Of a DNA stretch of 64,000 nucleotides, positions 13,541-26,400 are shown piece after piece; within the stretch, counting starts at the first letter, position 1, and every line of letters begins with the position of its first letter. The stretch spans positions 14,198,768-14,262,767 of the forward strand of contig CM120644.1 in assembly GCA_051362555.1 (NCBI GenBank). Direction: 5' to 3'. The notes under the pieces are model-generated. The model worked only from the letters and a program-made list of their open reading frames with translations, was not told where the DNA came from and did not search any database. The position numbers and the translations under genes were made by a program. This DNA is from Lingula anatina (lineage: Eukaryota; Animalia; Brachiopoda).

Positions 13541-15354
13541 ATACTAACTATATACATATATTCACAATCGACCTGGACTAGGGTGAACAACTGTGTACTA
13601 GTACATGTATTTTTTCCGTAAAGCATAGGCCTACCATCCGTAAAGCATAGGCCTACCAGATGATGCTGTATATACCTGTATTCGTGGACAGGCCCAGGGG
13701 CGGAACCAGAATGTTTTGAAGGAGGGGTGGGGGTGGGGGTTTAGGACTGACAGGCCTCTGATGCGAAGGGACCTTCGTCCCCTTTTCAAGAGCCCCCCCC
13801 CCCCCAAAAAAAAAAATATTATTATTTAAAAAATATATATAATAAGAAACACAGGAATTTAAGAGGACAAAAGGTGCACTTTGGCACGGTCTAGAACAAC
13901 GATCCAGCTCAAAATCCCAATTTCAAGAAGGGAATATTGATTTTTTTTTCAGAAACCAAAGAGGTAGGGGATCAGGACCCCCCTTACAACCCTCTCTAAA
14001 TCAGTGGTTTAATCTCATCAAATTTCTCTTTAATTTTTATTAAATGATAAAATTGCTGGATCTTTTTAGAGGGCGTCCTCTATGTTCTTTCCTCGGCAGT
14101 TCTGCAGTGTAGGCCACTGCAGCACATGGTCGATAAAAAACTCGTCTAAATTTCTCCACCTATTGCGAGGCATCGATCGTTTAATTTTTTTCAATGTGAA
14201 GGTCTGTTATGTAGGCTACTATTAATGTCGTTGTTTTGTGTTTTTGTTTCTACGATACATATATACATAATGCAATTTGCGCGCGTGTGCGTGTGAATTT
14301 GTGTCAGAAAAAGGAGACAGACAGAGAGAGAGAGAGAGAGAGAGTTCCTGCCCCTGCTCTTTGTTTACTTATATGCCGCACCCGCTGTAGTTGTTTGTGA
14401 CTTGTATACAAAGGCATACCTGAACTGCCGTCCCTGAACTGTGTTGTCAATACCCTAAACAAAGGAAACGGTCTAATTTTCATCTTTTAGCCTATGCAGC
14501 GTACGCAATGTATGCCCACTGGTGCAAATCGTAACTCCTGGAAAAGCTTGCCCGATCCCCGTTATCAAAAGTAGGATGAATATCGCTTCACCCTATTTAC
14601 GAGTCACCGAAGCGTCCTGACTGCTTGACAACAAGATTAAACCTGTCTCGTTCTCGTTTATGGAGAGATAAAAAAAAAAAAAAAAAGAACAAAACAATAT
14701 TAGTTCGGACATGCGCACTGGGATTCTTTATTGATACACCTTCACAAATAAGGTACAATCAAAGACAGTACAACTAATTAACTATAACAGAGTACAAACA
14801 AGTAAATGAATAAATATACATGATTTTAACGTTTACATAAAGGCGATATAGATAAATACGTGTTAAAAAATAATAATAATGAAAAAAAAATTGGATATCG
14901 CAGCAGAAAAGGAATGTTTACCGACCTTTCCTGATCTCGACCTTTACAAAGCACTGGGTGAAATTCAGTAAAATTGTTTTCGGTTTTGAAATGATCTATT
15001 TAATTAATATAAACCTAAATGCTATATATATTAATCATTCACCGACCAGTAGGTTTACGAGGATTAGAATAAATTAATTTGAATACATACAGATCGATGT
15101 TGGAAAAAGAAAAACTAATTATAATTAATAACAAGAACAATGTATTATCCAAATCAGCCGTCAGAGAGCAGTATCGGCGGCCAGTGCTTCATCTACTTTG
15201 AAACTCAGCTTGGGTGAAAAAAATAATAACATAAATATCAAAATATCGTAGTTAACTTCCTTTGAGACAAATCTAGACAAAAGATCGACTGCATAACAAA
15301 CGTTGTAATTTGTACAGCCAGATTTAGTGCATTTTCCTATCGGCCAGTGTATTC

Positions 15355-15424
15355 CCGTCAGGTGGCGCTAGAACTGCTGCAAGGAACATGGCGGCGCCCA
15401 TAGAGACAAAATCAATTTTATGAG
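15355..15424 (+). promoter_or_regulatory. Probable promoter / non-coding first exon of the glycosyltransferase gene (CTCF-like and YY1-like motifs, uORF)
   Basis: ccgtcaggtggcgcta resembles the CTCF core; aacatggcggc resembles the YY1 motif. uORF MAAPIETKSIL* ends next to donor gag|gtaggg; candidate acceptor ttactttgcag| at 16034. Confidence 0.45.
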
Positions 15425-16521
15425 GTAGGGGTTGCCTTGACTGTTTTCCATTCAAACCAGTACTCTGTTAATTTCAAGCCAAGTTATATGATGGGCCTGA
15501 TGTTATTTTTTTTCACACTCACGTGAATATTGTTATGAAGACACTGCTAAGGATTATTTTCATTGAGAGGAAATTCAGCGCAGCGGGACGTACAAGTTCG
15601 CCACGTAGCTAGGAGAGTGTGATATCAGTGTATTGTGCATTTTGACAAAGAATGGACGCGTTGTTTATCTTTCCTTACCAGAGTCATTCAGGTTGATGCC
15701 AATTCTGCAAATGGTGCTTTAGTTTTTATTTGCTTTGTTGTGTGAAGCGATTATATACATAATTACTGGTAATTTACTTTAATATATAACTGTAACAAAT
15801 AATTCATGTACCTGTTATTCAATAGTTACATTTACAGTATATCTTGGTATATTAGTATATTAGTATTTACTAACTTACATGCTGGCATATTGTGAAGAGT
15901 AATTCAAGAGTTGCATTTATTTTGATAGTATATCTTGATGTTAACTTACATACTGGTATATTGTGAAGAAGAAATTTGTAAACAAAATAGATTTTAACTG
16001 TAAATATATTATGAAATTTTCATTTACTTTGCAGGTAGCTGAAGGTATCTGTAATTGTAACGAAAGAAAAGAGGAAAGAAAATAATGATATAAAGAAGCC
16101 AATTGCCATACAGAAAAGGTCGTCTTTTTTTAGAATCACTGATCGAAGAAACTCATGGTTTTGATTGGGTACATCTTTAGTGGCAAGCAAGCATTAGAAA
16201 GGTTTAGAGAAACACAGTAAACTTGTGATGGGACTTGGATATTTGTGCTGACACATTTATTCATGTAGATGTGATGTACCTGCCACTGTTTTAAAGATTT
16301 TTAGGGTGATCAAAAAACCTGTGATACACAAAAAGTGCAAGTAAAGTCTAATTTCCATTGTTTACATTTGGAAATACATGTATATCACTACTGGTAACAT
16401 ATTTACCTCTATACACCATTTTTTGTTAACATTTTACGGGTAAAAGATATTCATTTTGAACAAAAATTTTTAAGTTCTCAATATTTTGCCACAAAATTAT
16501 GCACTATTTCCACTGACCACT

Positions 16522-17326
16522 ATGTGTAGAAGAAAAATGCCAAGGGACATACTCAAACTATCTGGGGCATTTCTACTGGGATTCCTCACCAGTTATTTCA
16601 TGAACTATACAGTCCCTTGCCCTGGTGGGGGAGATCTCGCTGACCTTGAATCCAAGCAAGAACCTGAGATAAAACTGTGTCAAAATGAACGAAACAGCGT
16701 GCAATTACGTGAGGCCTATAAGCCTTCCACTCTTTTTGATGTAATACGATACGAATACTTCACTGACCGTCACATATATGGAGAGTTTGACAGCGACCCA
16801 AGAATCGGTTTTCTAGGTCACCACAAGGGGGACTTGACCCACATTCTAGAGCAACTGTCATCATTGTATCATGGAGCTAAGGGATATGATTGGTTCCTGA
16901 AAAAGATAATCGATGGTTATCGACGCTTTGATCCAAATCGAGGAGAAGAGTATGTCTTAAATGTTGAACTGAGGAATACGCATGATCAGTCCAAAAAGGA
17001 CGTGCAGAGATTCGAGGTGGTTAAACCATTCAGCACGGCTCACTTACTTAACATAAAACCATACCAGAGCTCCGAGACAGTTCACTTTATCCTTCCCATT
17101 TCAAAAGTGACAAATCGTCTGAGAACTTTTCTGAAATCTTTCGAGGAAACTTTTTTAAAGCCCAAAGAGGAGGTTCATCTGCTTCTTGTTGTCATGGAGT
17201 TCAACTTTCAGGCAAAGGAGGGGGATGGAGTGATTGTACGCAACCTGGTGAAGGATTTGAGAATCCGGTATCCTCAACACAAAGTCACCATGTTGCAGAC
17301 CAAGCGGCCATTTTCTCGTGCCTTAG
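16522..17326 (+). CDS. Chondroitin N-acetylgalactosaminyltransferase (CHGN family; CSGALNACT/CHSY C-terminal-like), coding exon 1
   Basis: Type II membrane anchor (MCRRKMPRDILKLSGAFLLGFLTSYFM); motifs DGYRRFDPNRGEEYVL, VHFILPIS, PFSRALG; donor TTAG|gtaata. Confidence 0.88.
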
Positions 17327-17498
17327 GTAATAAGTCATAATAATAACAGTACAAAAGTTGGTTTAAAAAAGTGAATAATTTTTGAGAGCCTTAGCCCTTT
17401 TTACATCGGGTAGTATACATAACTGAACTGGTTCACTTTGAGATGCTAACCAATGAGTTGGTAATTATCCAAGTGAGTTATCAAAATGAAATTAAAAA

Positions 17499-17599
17499 CC
17501 CTAATGAAAAAGCCCTATAGGATCCTATAGGAAATTGGGCCAAATTGGGCCAATTTCTTATAGAATCCTATAGGATCCAATAGGACTTTTTCATAAGGG
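17499..17599. mobile_element. 101-bp palindromic MITE (CCC...GGG ends, possible 2-bp AA duplication) in intron
   Basis: ccctaatgaaaaagccctatagga ... ccaataggactttttcataaggg form an inverted pair; internal cctatagg palindromes. Confidence 0.6.
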
Positions 17600-17718
17600 A
17601 AGGGACACTAGTATTTATGTTCGATTATTTTTTATGATTTTCAGACAAGTTTTAAAATTTTGATTATTTTCTGATGTACACATAGAGACATTTTCAGTTA
17701 TTTTCCTTTCACGGATAG

Positions 17719-17943
17719 GTATCGACCTTGGAACAAAGCAACTCCCAGAAGAGGCTCTCATGTTCTTCTGCGATGTTGATGTGACACTGAAGCGGGACTT
17801 CCTTGACCGTTGCCGTAGCACTGCCGTACATGGCCGCCAAGTTTACTACCCGATCGTGTTCTCCCAGTATGATCCAGAGCTTGCCAAAGGATATTCTCCC
17901 GTCACCAAGGTCAAGGATTTGCTGGATATCAATAAATATACAG
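17719..17943 (+). CDS. CHGN-family glycosyltransferase, coding exon 2
   Basis: Acceptor atag|, phase 1; LMFFCDVD (DxD motif) and GRQVYYPIVFSQYDP; donor CAG|gtttgt. Confidence 0.9.
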
Positions 17944-18544
17944 GTTTGTGTGTATGTTTGTGTCTGGATGTGAATTGATTTGTGTGCATGTATGCACGCG
18001 TGCGTGCGTGTGTGTGTGTGTGTGTGTGTGTGCATGTGTTTTGAAGTGTACTTCATACTATAGGCAATTGTGGACTAATTTGACAATGGCTGTTATAAAA
18101 TTGTTATCAACCTAAAACAGGCACTATTTAAAAAAAGGGTTTGTTGTGCTTAAGACATCATTTGAATAAATATTTTTAAACGCATGAAATTATTACCTGC
18201 ATAAATGGTGATTGCTAATTGTAAATACTGATGTTTCTTTGATGTGATAGGATTTGGGAATGTTTAAAATAAGCTAACATATAAGTTTGTGACTTGACTT
18301 AGAACTTTGTCTTGTTGACAACATTGCTTCACCCTCTCAGAGACTTGGGCTTGTCTACTGAGAAAACATACTGTTCTGGATGACTAACATACATAATTTT
18401 ATTTAGGAATGTTGCTAACTTCACATTTGATTGACAGAAGTAGAGTAGGAGGAGTGGCCCTATCAGTCAAAATTTCACGTGATTGACAGAAGTAGAGTAG
18501 GAGGGGTGGACCTGTCAGTCAAAACTTCACTGTATATATTTCAG

Positions 18545-18687
18545 GGCACTGGATAACTTATGGTTTTGGAATGGTGTGTCTCCATCAAGCTGACTACCGC
18601 AGAGTGGGCGGGTTTGACCTGTCAATCACTGGTTGGGGTGGGGAAGATGTTGATTTGTATTTGAAACATGTAAAGAGTGATCTGAAG
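18545..18687 (+). CDS. CHGN-family glycosyltransferase, coding exon 3
   Basis: Acceptor tttcag|; GHWITYGFGMVCLHQADYRRVGGFDLSITGWGGEDVDLY (GT7-type WGGED motif); donor AAG|gtaggt. Not listed in the ORF track. Confidence 0.9.
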
Positions 18688-19270
18688 GTAGGTGCTTGTG
18701 AATTATGTTAAAGAAAAAAGTAGTTTGTCTGTTTTAATTAGTTCATTTAAGTGTTAGTTATTAGTACAAGCCACAAAACTTTATGTGAAAAACAGGAGGT
18801 ATTTTGTGAGGTGTAGCTGATACAATAATCTCCTTTATTTTAAATGAAGCTCTGTGATACTGAAGTTCTGTATCTGATTTGAAACATGATTCTTGCAGAA
18901 AACAATAGGCTCTTTTCACTTTCCAAAACATTCATGCAATTCATGACAGAAAGGAGCACAGCCTGACATGATATACTGCTCAGATCAAGGTTTCAAATGT
19001 TGATGTTGAATCTGAGAATGTGAAACTTGAGTGATTTAATAAAATGAACTTGTGATAATGTGAGAAACCTATCTAAACAATTTCAATTTGATGTGTGATC
19101 GTGCATTTTGAATAGTCTCAATCTCCAGGTTTGATTTGATGTTGAACTTGTAACCTTGGGCTGTAGGTTTCCATGAATATATATAATACTTGACTCCATA
19201 CAGATGGTTATAAATAAATTTAGAATAAAAAGTTATTCTGATTGTGAATTTTGAAAATTTGTTTTCACAG

Positions 19271-19450
19271 GTCTTCCGTGCTATGGATCCATCCCTAATC
19301 CACGTTTATCACAGCAGGTCATGTGACCCAAATCTGACCAAGGAGCAACTGAGGATGTGTATTGATTCGATGGCCGAAGGATATGGCTCCAAGACGCAAC
19401 TTGCCAAAATGGTTCTTCGGAACAAAATGATGCCTCAGAATGACGAATAA
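19271..19450 (+). CDS. CHGN-family glycosyltransferase, last coding exon
   Basis: Acceptor ttttcacag|; VFRAMDPSLIHVYHSRSCDPNLTKEQLRMC...GSKTQL*. The four exons sum to 805+225+143+180=1353 nt, i.e. 450 aa plus stop, in frame. Confidence 0.9.
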   Translation, partial: VFRAMDPSLIHVYHSRSCDPNLTKEQLRMCIDSMAEGYGSKTQLAKMVLRNKMMPQNDE

Positions 19451-22076
19451 GTGGGTTTTGGGTTTGACCTATTGAGCAGCTCTTATTTCAGTCCCAATAA
19501 CTGAGATTACATTTGTATGCTAGAGGAAGATGTAAGTCTTCAATTTAAATGTGCTAAATGTCTAATTATTTTCTACACAAAATATTCATTATATATAGTT
19601 ATTATTAAGTTCCTGTTAGCAGAGGATGTATGTGTACTTTTTTTAGTCATAGTTAAAACTGGAAGTTCGGAGTCCAGCAAAGAATTTTACCAGCTGTGTT
19701 ATGCATTTAAGATGACAATGATGATTTCTTTAAACAAGAACTAAATCTCAGAGGTATTACTACAGTCCAATATTTCAGAGTCTAGCAAGGCACCATCAGA
19801 GAATGCAGCCATAGGGGTTGTAATAGTTACTGTAACAATCCTTCTTTTTAGCACTTGTTTTATGAATCTATAATTAATGCAGCTTCAGAGTTTGGGGGCA
19901 GTTTATTCAAATGCTCAAAGTGCCAATGAATTACTATTTGCCTATGTTACCAGTGTTTTCCATTGTTGTCTTCCAGCTTTTTCTAATAGGATAATATACA
20001 ACAGGGGAGATTTTAGGCCAGTATATCCATGCTTCTTGTAGTTAACATCAGTTGAAAATGGGGAGGGAGGAGCGGGGAGGAATAGGTATAGCGGGCACAT
20101 ACCCTCCAACCCTCTTTTTATCCTCTGCCCTCCCCTGCCCCTGCGAATAAATAAATGTTGGAAAATATGAAAACAGCCTAGCAAGCAAAATGAGACAAAA
20201 ATCCATCCTTGTGCATTATGTCATTTAGTAAAATTGTCTTTATGAAATATTCATATTTTCAAGGCTTCACGAAACCCGGGTTTGGCCAAAGAACACGTAA
20301 AAGCTACAGCTGTAGATATAGTGGTCAGTCTGTAGACTATTTGTCAGCATGTAGTTTATATTTAAGCAATATCTGTTGTTAAAGCATCGCAGTATGTATT
20401 TACTTTGTAACAAAGATTCAATAAGTGAACAGTCCAGTCTTAAGTTAGGGCAATATATAACTTATACCCGGGTCTTAGGCAATGTTCATATTAATCTCAG
20501 CTAATACTAAGTTATGGGTAAAATTTAAAATGCTTCCCACAAGTTATGTTTTAGATGAGCTTTATAAATCTAGTCACTAGGTGCCAAATAATGGAGTCTA
20601 CACCTTTAATAAATAATATTATCAGACGATCAGGGTATTAAAAATTTGTTTTTTTTTCTTTTTTTACTTTACACATTTACTCAATGCGACTAGGATCCAA
20701 CAAATCCTAGATTGTGATAAGAAACGAGGCTAAAAATATTGCATTATTTTATATCTTGTGCAGTAGACAATTATTATTATTACAATCAACAGAGTCACAT
20801 AGATGTTGCCTACAAATTAAAATACATACATCTACTTTTGTGATATTATTTTCTGTCAAAATGTTTCCATTGTCAGAAATGTGATTCCTTGTAATTTATT
20901 TGTGAAGTCATTTTGCACAAAATATACAAAAGTGCCCTCTGGCGTTTAGATTAAGTGTATTTGTTTGTGTGTTTGTTTGTTTACCTCACACACTATTTCT
21001 AAATATATTCATTGTCAAGGGCTTGTTTAGAAAGTACCGTGTGATAAACTGCAAACTGTGGAATAAGTATTTGCAGTTGTTCAGCAATCAGAGTTCTACA
21101 CAAAAAGAAGGCAATCAGATGTTTATCTTTGCTTTAATAATTATTTATACATATTTGTGATACGCAAAAGCTGTAGGCCAAAGATTTATATCAGAATATC
21201 ATGGCATACTAATAAGAAAATTAAATAGTGCTCACATTTTTTTCAGTGTCAGCTGCTTCATACTATAAAAGAAATTGTCAAAATGCTTATTTAAGTAACA
21301 AAGTTAAGAGGAGTAATTGAAAAAAAAATTGAGCCCGACCAAGAAAGAATTTGGAGTGGTTTTCTCCTGAAAAAAAGCAACATTTCTCTCCACTCCAACC
21401 CACTAATTATTTCAATGACTTGCTTTATCGGCAACCATGCACACAGTGAGTCCAAATTTCACACAAGCAAGAAAATTTTGTATTTTTCAAAGACAAAAGA
21501 TGGTAAACTACTCCTTTAACTTTTAGGGATCAGTTATAAACTTTTCAAACACCCCTTGAACATGACATCTCATATCCTACCTCAGAGTCCGTAAAACTAG
21601 ACTTTTTTCTTTTATGTTTGCCACTGTTGGGCCAGGTTTAGCGACTGTAAATCCTCATAAGTTGCCCACTTTTTTCAGGAATTGACCTTAATAATTTGAA
21701 ATTTCAAGTCTCTGCTGAGACTTGGTTTTCACTCAGGTAGTTTTTTGCAGCAGGTGCCTAGGTTTAAATTTAGAAAAGGGAAGAATAGAAGGATTGTAAG
21801 TGCCAAAATGATCCACAAGCATTGTAATATCAGCTGAAAAACAAACAAGTAATTGCTTAGTACAGTTGATGTTTAGTCCTGCAGCAAGAGGAATTTTCAA
21901 AACTCTTGCACTTAGTATGTGTAATTGCTATTTGGTGAAGAAATAAAAAGTGCAGTGTAAAAAAAAAGTGTTATCAATTTTTTTTAGTTTATAAAGTCAC
22001 AGGCACAGAATTTAAATTATTCCTTTCTTAACCAGTATTTTTCATTCTGAAATTTGATCAGAATTTTGTAACCCTT

Positions 22077-22107
<31 letters not shown>

Positions 22108-22926
22108 GTCCCATAGTCTGACGACTGTAGGGGCACAACAGATGATCTGGCAACCAATGCTCTCCATCCATCTTGATCATCGTAATCCTTTAGGCTTTAG
22201 CTATTGCAGTGGAGTGAATAGTGTGCACTGTTAAAAAATCACCACCTAAGTTCACCAAAAAATTATCCTTCGCAGTTCACAATTTCTTGCCTATGATCCC
22301 ATCAAAACACTGCTTTAAATAACATTAATACAGATGTCACCATGGTAATTTATTTAAACATCATTAAGTTTACTTAATGGGTAATTTATTAGATGCTCAT
22401 TGTAAGCTGGATCATCTTATCAAGTCAAATGCCTAAATAAAAGTTTCAGAAAATACTGAAATACTGACACAACATCAAGAAAAATATAATAATTAGGCAC
22501 TCAGTACACAGATAGCACATCTTACTTGTATGAATAATAATCAAATACACAAAATCATACTTTAAATTTGCCCTTACAAATTGTCAGTACAAAAAATAGA
22601 GTTCTTGAATTTGATGCACCATCACTTGAATTTTCAGGATATTATAGAAAGACCCAATTTTATTTCTGTTGTATTAAAGCTGCATAAAAGGCTTCAAAAT
22701 TTGGTAGAATAGTGCATGAATTGTGCATACTTCATTTGATATATGAAATAAAAAATATGATTGAGATGTTTTTAGCCCAAAATTTTAGCTTTAAAGCTAG
22801 TCAAAAAGCACACCTGAGGTTAGGGGCTGGAGAGTGGGGGTGGCCAGAGTTCTTTCTTTATTTCATCCTTCATGTTGAGAAAACTACCTTCCCGTACTTA
22901 AAACTACTACAGATGACCAAACACAC

Positions 22927-23412
22927 CCCCTGCTAAACTTTGACCCCATTCCCATAGATTTTAGATCGATCTATCCCTGTGTAGATTACTGTCAGCTAAG
23001 CCGGCTTAAGCGTCTGTCGCGCCTACTAAAAGCTGTAAGGGGGAATTAACTATGGTGCGCGCTCGGCTTACTGCAATTTAGGGTGAACCTCAAGGGAGTT
23101 AGGTCGATCTAAATCTTAATCTCTGGATCGATCTAAATCTCTGGGAATGCACCCTTTGTCTCATTTAACGTTCACTTACGGTTCTCAATCTATTCTAGAA
23201 CATTTGGTGTATTTTTACAGTTCTTATGTTGTTCTGTAATGAATGTAACAGTTGGAGAACTGTTTTTAAGAAGTCCATCAGAATGTCCTAGAACAGATTA
23301 AGAACATTTTTCATTAAGAGAGAAAAATATTATGTTCTAGGACACATAATTATATAATAATAACATAATAGAACCATAAGTGAGCGTTAAGAGAGACTAA
23401 TTTTCGCAGGGG
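22927..23412. mobile_element. MITE A (CCC...GGG ends) carrying nested MITE B
   Basis: After removing 22943-23158 the left end cccctgctaaactttgtctcatttaacgttcacttacggttct matches the reverse complement of the right end, cccctgcgaaaattagtctctcttaacgctcacttatggttct. Confidence 0.7.
22943..23154 (+). mobile_element. MITE B nested in the left terminal repeat of MITE A
   Basis: Inverted pair cattcccatagattttagatcgatc / gatcgatctaaatctctgggaatg, flanked by tttg on both sides (22939-22942, 23155-23158); second copy at 244-443. Confidence 0.72.
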
Positions 23413-26400
23413 ACCTAACTACCGGTCACTGTTATTATCCAAAATAACAACCTTTCATTTCTGGCCAAAATTGAAAAAAATGCCATACGTGGCCCTTGCC
23501 AAAAATACTCAAAATCACCCAAATTGACATGTAACAACCTTCCACAGCAACTCCTAAATCAAAATGTGCCATTCACTGTATCAGTTGTAATTTGCATAAC
23601 AATAAGTCACGCACCGCAGTGAGAGCTATGCTCCTGGCTGGTCACTTGACAGCTAGACCCTGTAACAAGATGACCTGCATGGATAGAAGTGGTGAAATCA
23701 CTGTGTCGAACATTTTGTTCAGCGTTGAAGCTCGTTGTGTACATGTTTGGTGGAGCCACGGTTGAGGTAAATATGTTTTGTGAGTAAAATATGGTCTAGT
23801 AGAGTTTACAAGTGGAAAGAAGTTAAATGATTTGACAATGTGGTACACGTACAGTGCATATGTAAATGCACAGCTTGCCTAAGTTTTCGCCCTTACATGT
23901 TACAATGTAGCTAGGTAACCATGCTGTAGCTGCACTGAGTCAAGAAACTCTCACGCTGATTGCTTTGGTTTATTTAATTTATTCCCCAAATCAACCGTAG
24001 AACTGAAAGAAAAGAAATCAAAATAAGTAACAGTAACAAAAGTGTAACGTGAAATGTAGAAATACTGAAAACAAATTAAAAATACAAGAAAATAACTTAA
24101 AAACTTATACTGAAAATTACACGAAGTACGTACATGTAGGAAAGTGTAAGAAAAAGGATAGGCAGAAACGTTGCAAAGACCCCAAACCGGAGAAGTTTAC
24201 GTTAGCGTTGATATTTACTATAGTTTACCTCTTCCCCTTGCTAAGTGAGCTAATATCATTATAAAAGATAGACAGAAACGTTGCAAACATCCAAAGCCGA
24301 AGTTTACGTTAGTGTTGTCCTCCGACCAAGTGAACCCAAGTGAGCTAATATTTTTTAGACATTTCCCTGTCCCGTTCTGTGTTTGAAAGTAAAGTGAAAA
24401 AGAAAAAAAGAGACGGGAAGTCTTGTAAATAAATATACGGTGGAATGAGAACTGTTTTGTGTAGTTTGTGGCATAGGCATGTGACGGTGCGGTTAGGTAT
24501 GTGCGGTGGCCTGTAACGTTATAATTAGTAGAGCGAGAGAAAGCAAAGGAGGGCAAAAGAGAAAGAATGGGAAATGTACTTATAACTAAATAAAGAACAT
24601 ACTTAAAAAGAAAATAATAATAATAAAATAAATAATTAACCCTCATAAATGAAAACAAAAAGTGTCGTTTAAAATTGATATATATATCCTTTCAATTATC
24701 TTATTAGTCTATGGGCCAATGTAGACCCCCCTGCCCCCCCCCCCCCCCCCCCTTTAGTGATTTTCATTCACAATGAATATTCTGATAGCTTAGGTCTTGA
24801 GCTTTTATTTTCTTCTTGTTTGCCATTAAACTGATGGTGGGCGTGTGTGCTTCAGCCATTACCATGGTAACGCCTTAGATTAAATATTGAAATTTCTGAG
24901 ATCAAAAAAGTATTAAATAATTCAAATGTATTAAGTAAATGGAATTCAAAATTATTTCAGATGTATAGGTTAAGAGCTGCACTAAACATTACCATCCTCA
25001 AAATTTCTAAGATGGCTGTAAATTTAAGATGGCGACCAATTTTTGCTAATTTTTGAGTAATTTTAATTATTTTTAATATTTGAGTTTTAATTCAATCATT
25101 AAGGAAAAAGAATGTGGGATATGTTTTGATGAACCGGAATAGCATACAGTCTCTTCTTGTGACCTACAGTATTTGTTTTAGACACAACCTTTCAATTTTG
25201 TTGTAAAATTCTTAAATCCAAAATGACAGCCAAAATACAATTCTGTTAAATTCTGCTGTCCCAACTAGAAAGATCCCAGATTTATCATCAAAGTTACATT
25301 CTTCATTACTTGTAATGAACTGAATTCAAACGTAGGACTTGTCAAAACAACTTGCATTAATTCTGATTACATTAGGACTTTCAAAACTCGAAATGGCCGC
25401 CAATATGATTATACACACTGGGTAAATATATATATATATATTCCTCCAATAGAATATTAATTTTAATTATCTCCGACCAACTTTGTCCCATTAGTGACTT
25501 TTGTTTACTATGATTTTCTGTTAGTTTAAACCCTTAGCTTTTATTTTCTGCTTGTTTGCCATTAAACTGGTGGTGGGTGTGAGTATCAGAGCTGTTGCCA
25601 TAGTAATGTTTGGGGTTGAAAATTGATATTTTTGAGTCCAAAAATAAAAATTAAATATTTCAAATGCTTTTAAAATCGTGGAATTCAAAATTATACCAAT
25701 TGTATAAATTAAGAAGTGTGCTGTACTTCACAATCATCAAAATGTTCCAAGATGACAGCAAATCCAAGATGGCTGCCAATTTTTGCTCATTTTGAATAAT
25801 TTTGGGAATTTTTTTATATTTGAGTTTTTATTAAATTATTCAGAAATTGCAATGCTTCTGCTTTCTGCCTAAAGTGCTTGTTAAAGATGTTACCTTTTAA
25901 TTTTGATGTAAAATCCTGAAATCCAAGATGTCTGCAACAAAACATATCTTTTACATACGGCTGTCCCAACTGGAAATATGCCACATTAATCATCCCAAAT
26001 TACATTCTTTATTACTTTTAGGTGTACTGAATATGGACCAAGACCCTTTTCAATAATTTATGTTAATTCAGATTGCATTATTACTTTCAAAATTCAAAAT
26101 GGCCGCCAATTTGTTTACACCTTAAGTGATATAATACATAATACATTCCAATACAAAATATAAAATCTAATAAACTCAAGCTAGCTCAGCCCTATTAGTA
26201 ATTTTTATTTACTATGATTTTCTGATAGCTTGGGCCCTAAGTTCAAATATTCTTCTTGTTTGTCATGTAATAGGTGATGGGTGTGACAGATTCAGCAGTT
26301 GCCATAGTAACACGGGGTTTTAGGATTATAATTTCTTAGACCTTTAAATTGCCATGTATTTCAAATATATGAAATCGATGTATTGTCAACTTTAAAAAAA

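Larger units (their letters stand above)
22775..23535 (+). repeat. Diverged solitary relic of the 365-bp satellite monomer, split by nested MITEs
   Basis: 22775-22926 aligns by eye to the edge monomer at ~37895-38048 (ttagctttaaag..caaaaagcac.cctgag..ggagag..tatttc.tcctt.atgttga..gtacttaa..ctaca.atgaccaaacacac). 23413-23535 continues it (ctggccaaaattgaa..tgccata..ctcaaaatcacc). Confidence 0.75.

Noticed and set aside
13615-13658. 21-bp tandem duplication ccgtaaagcataggcctacca
   Set aside because: Ordinary local slippage duplication.
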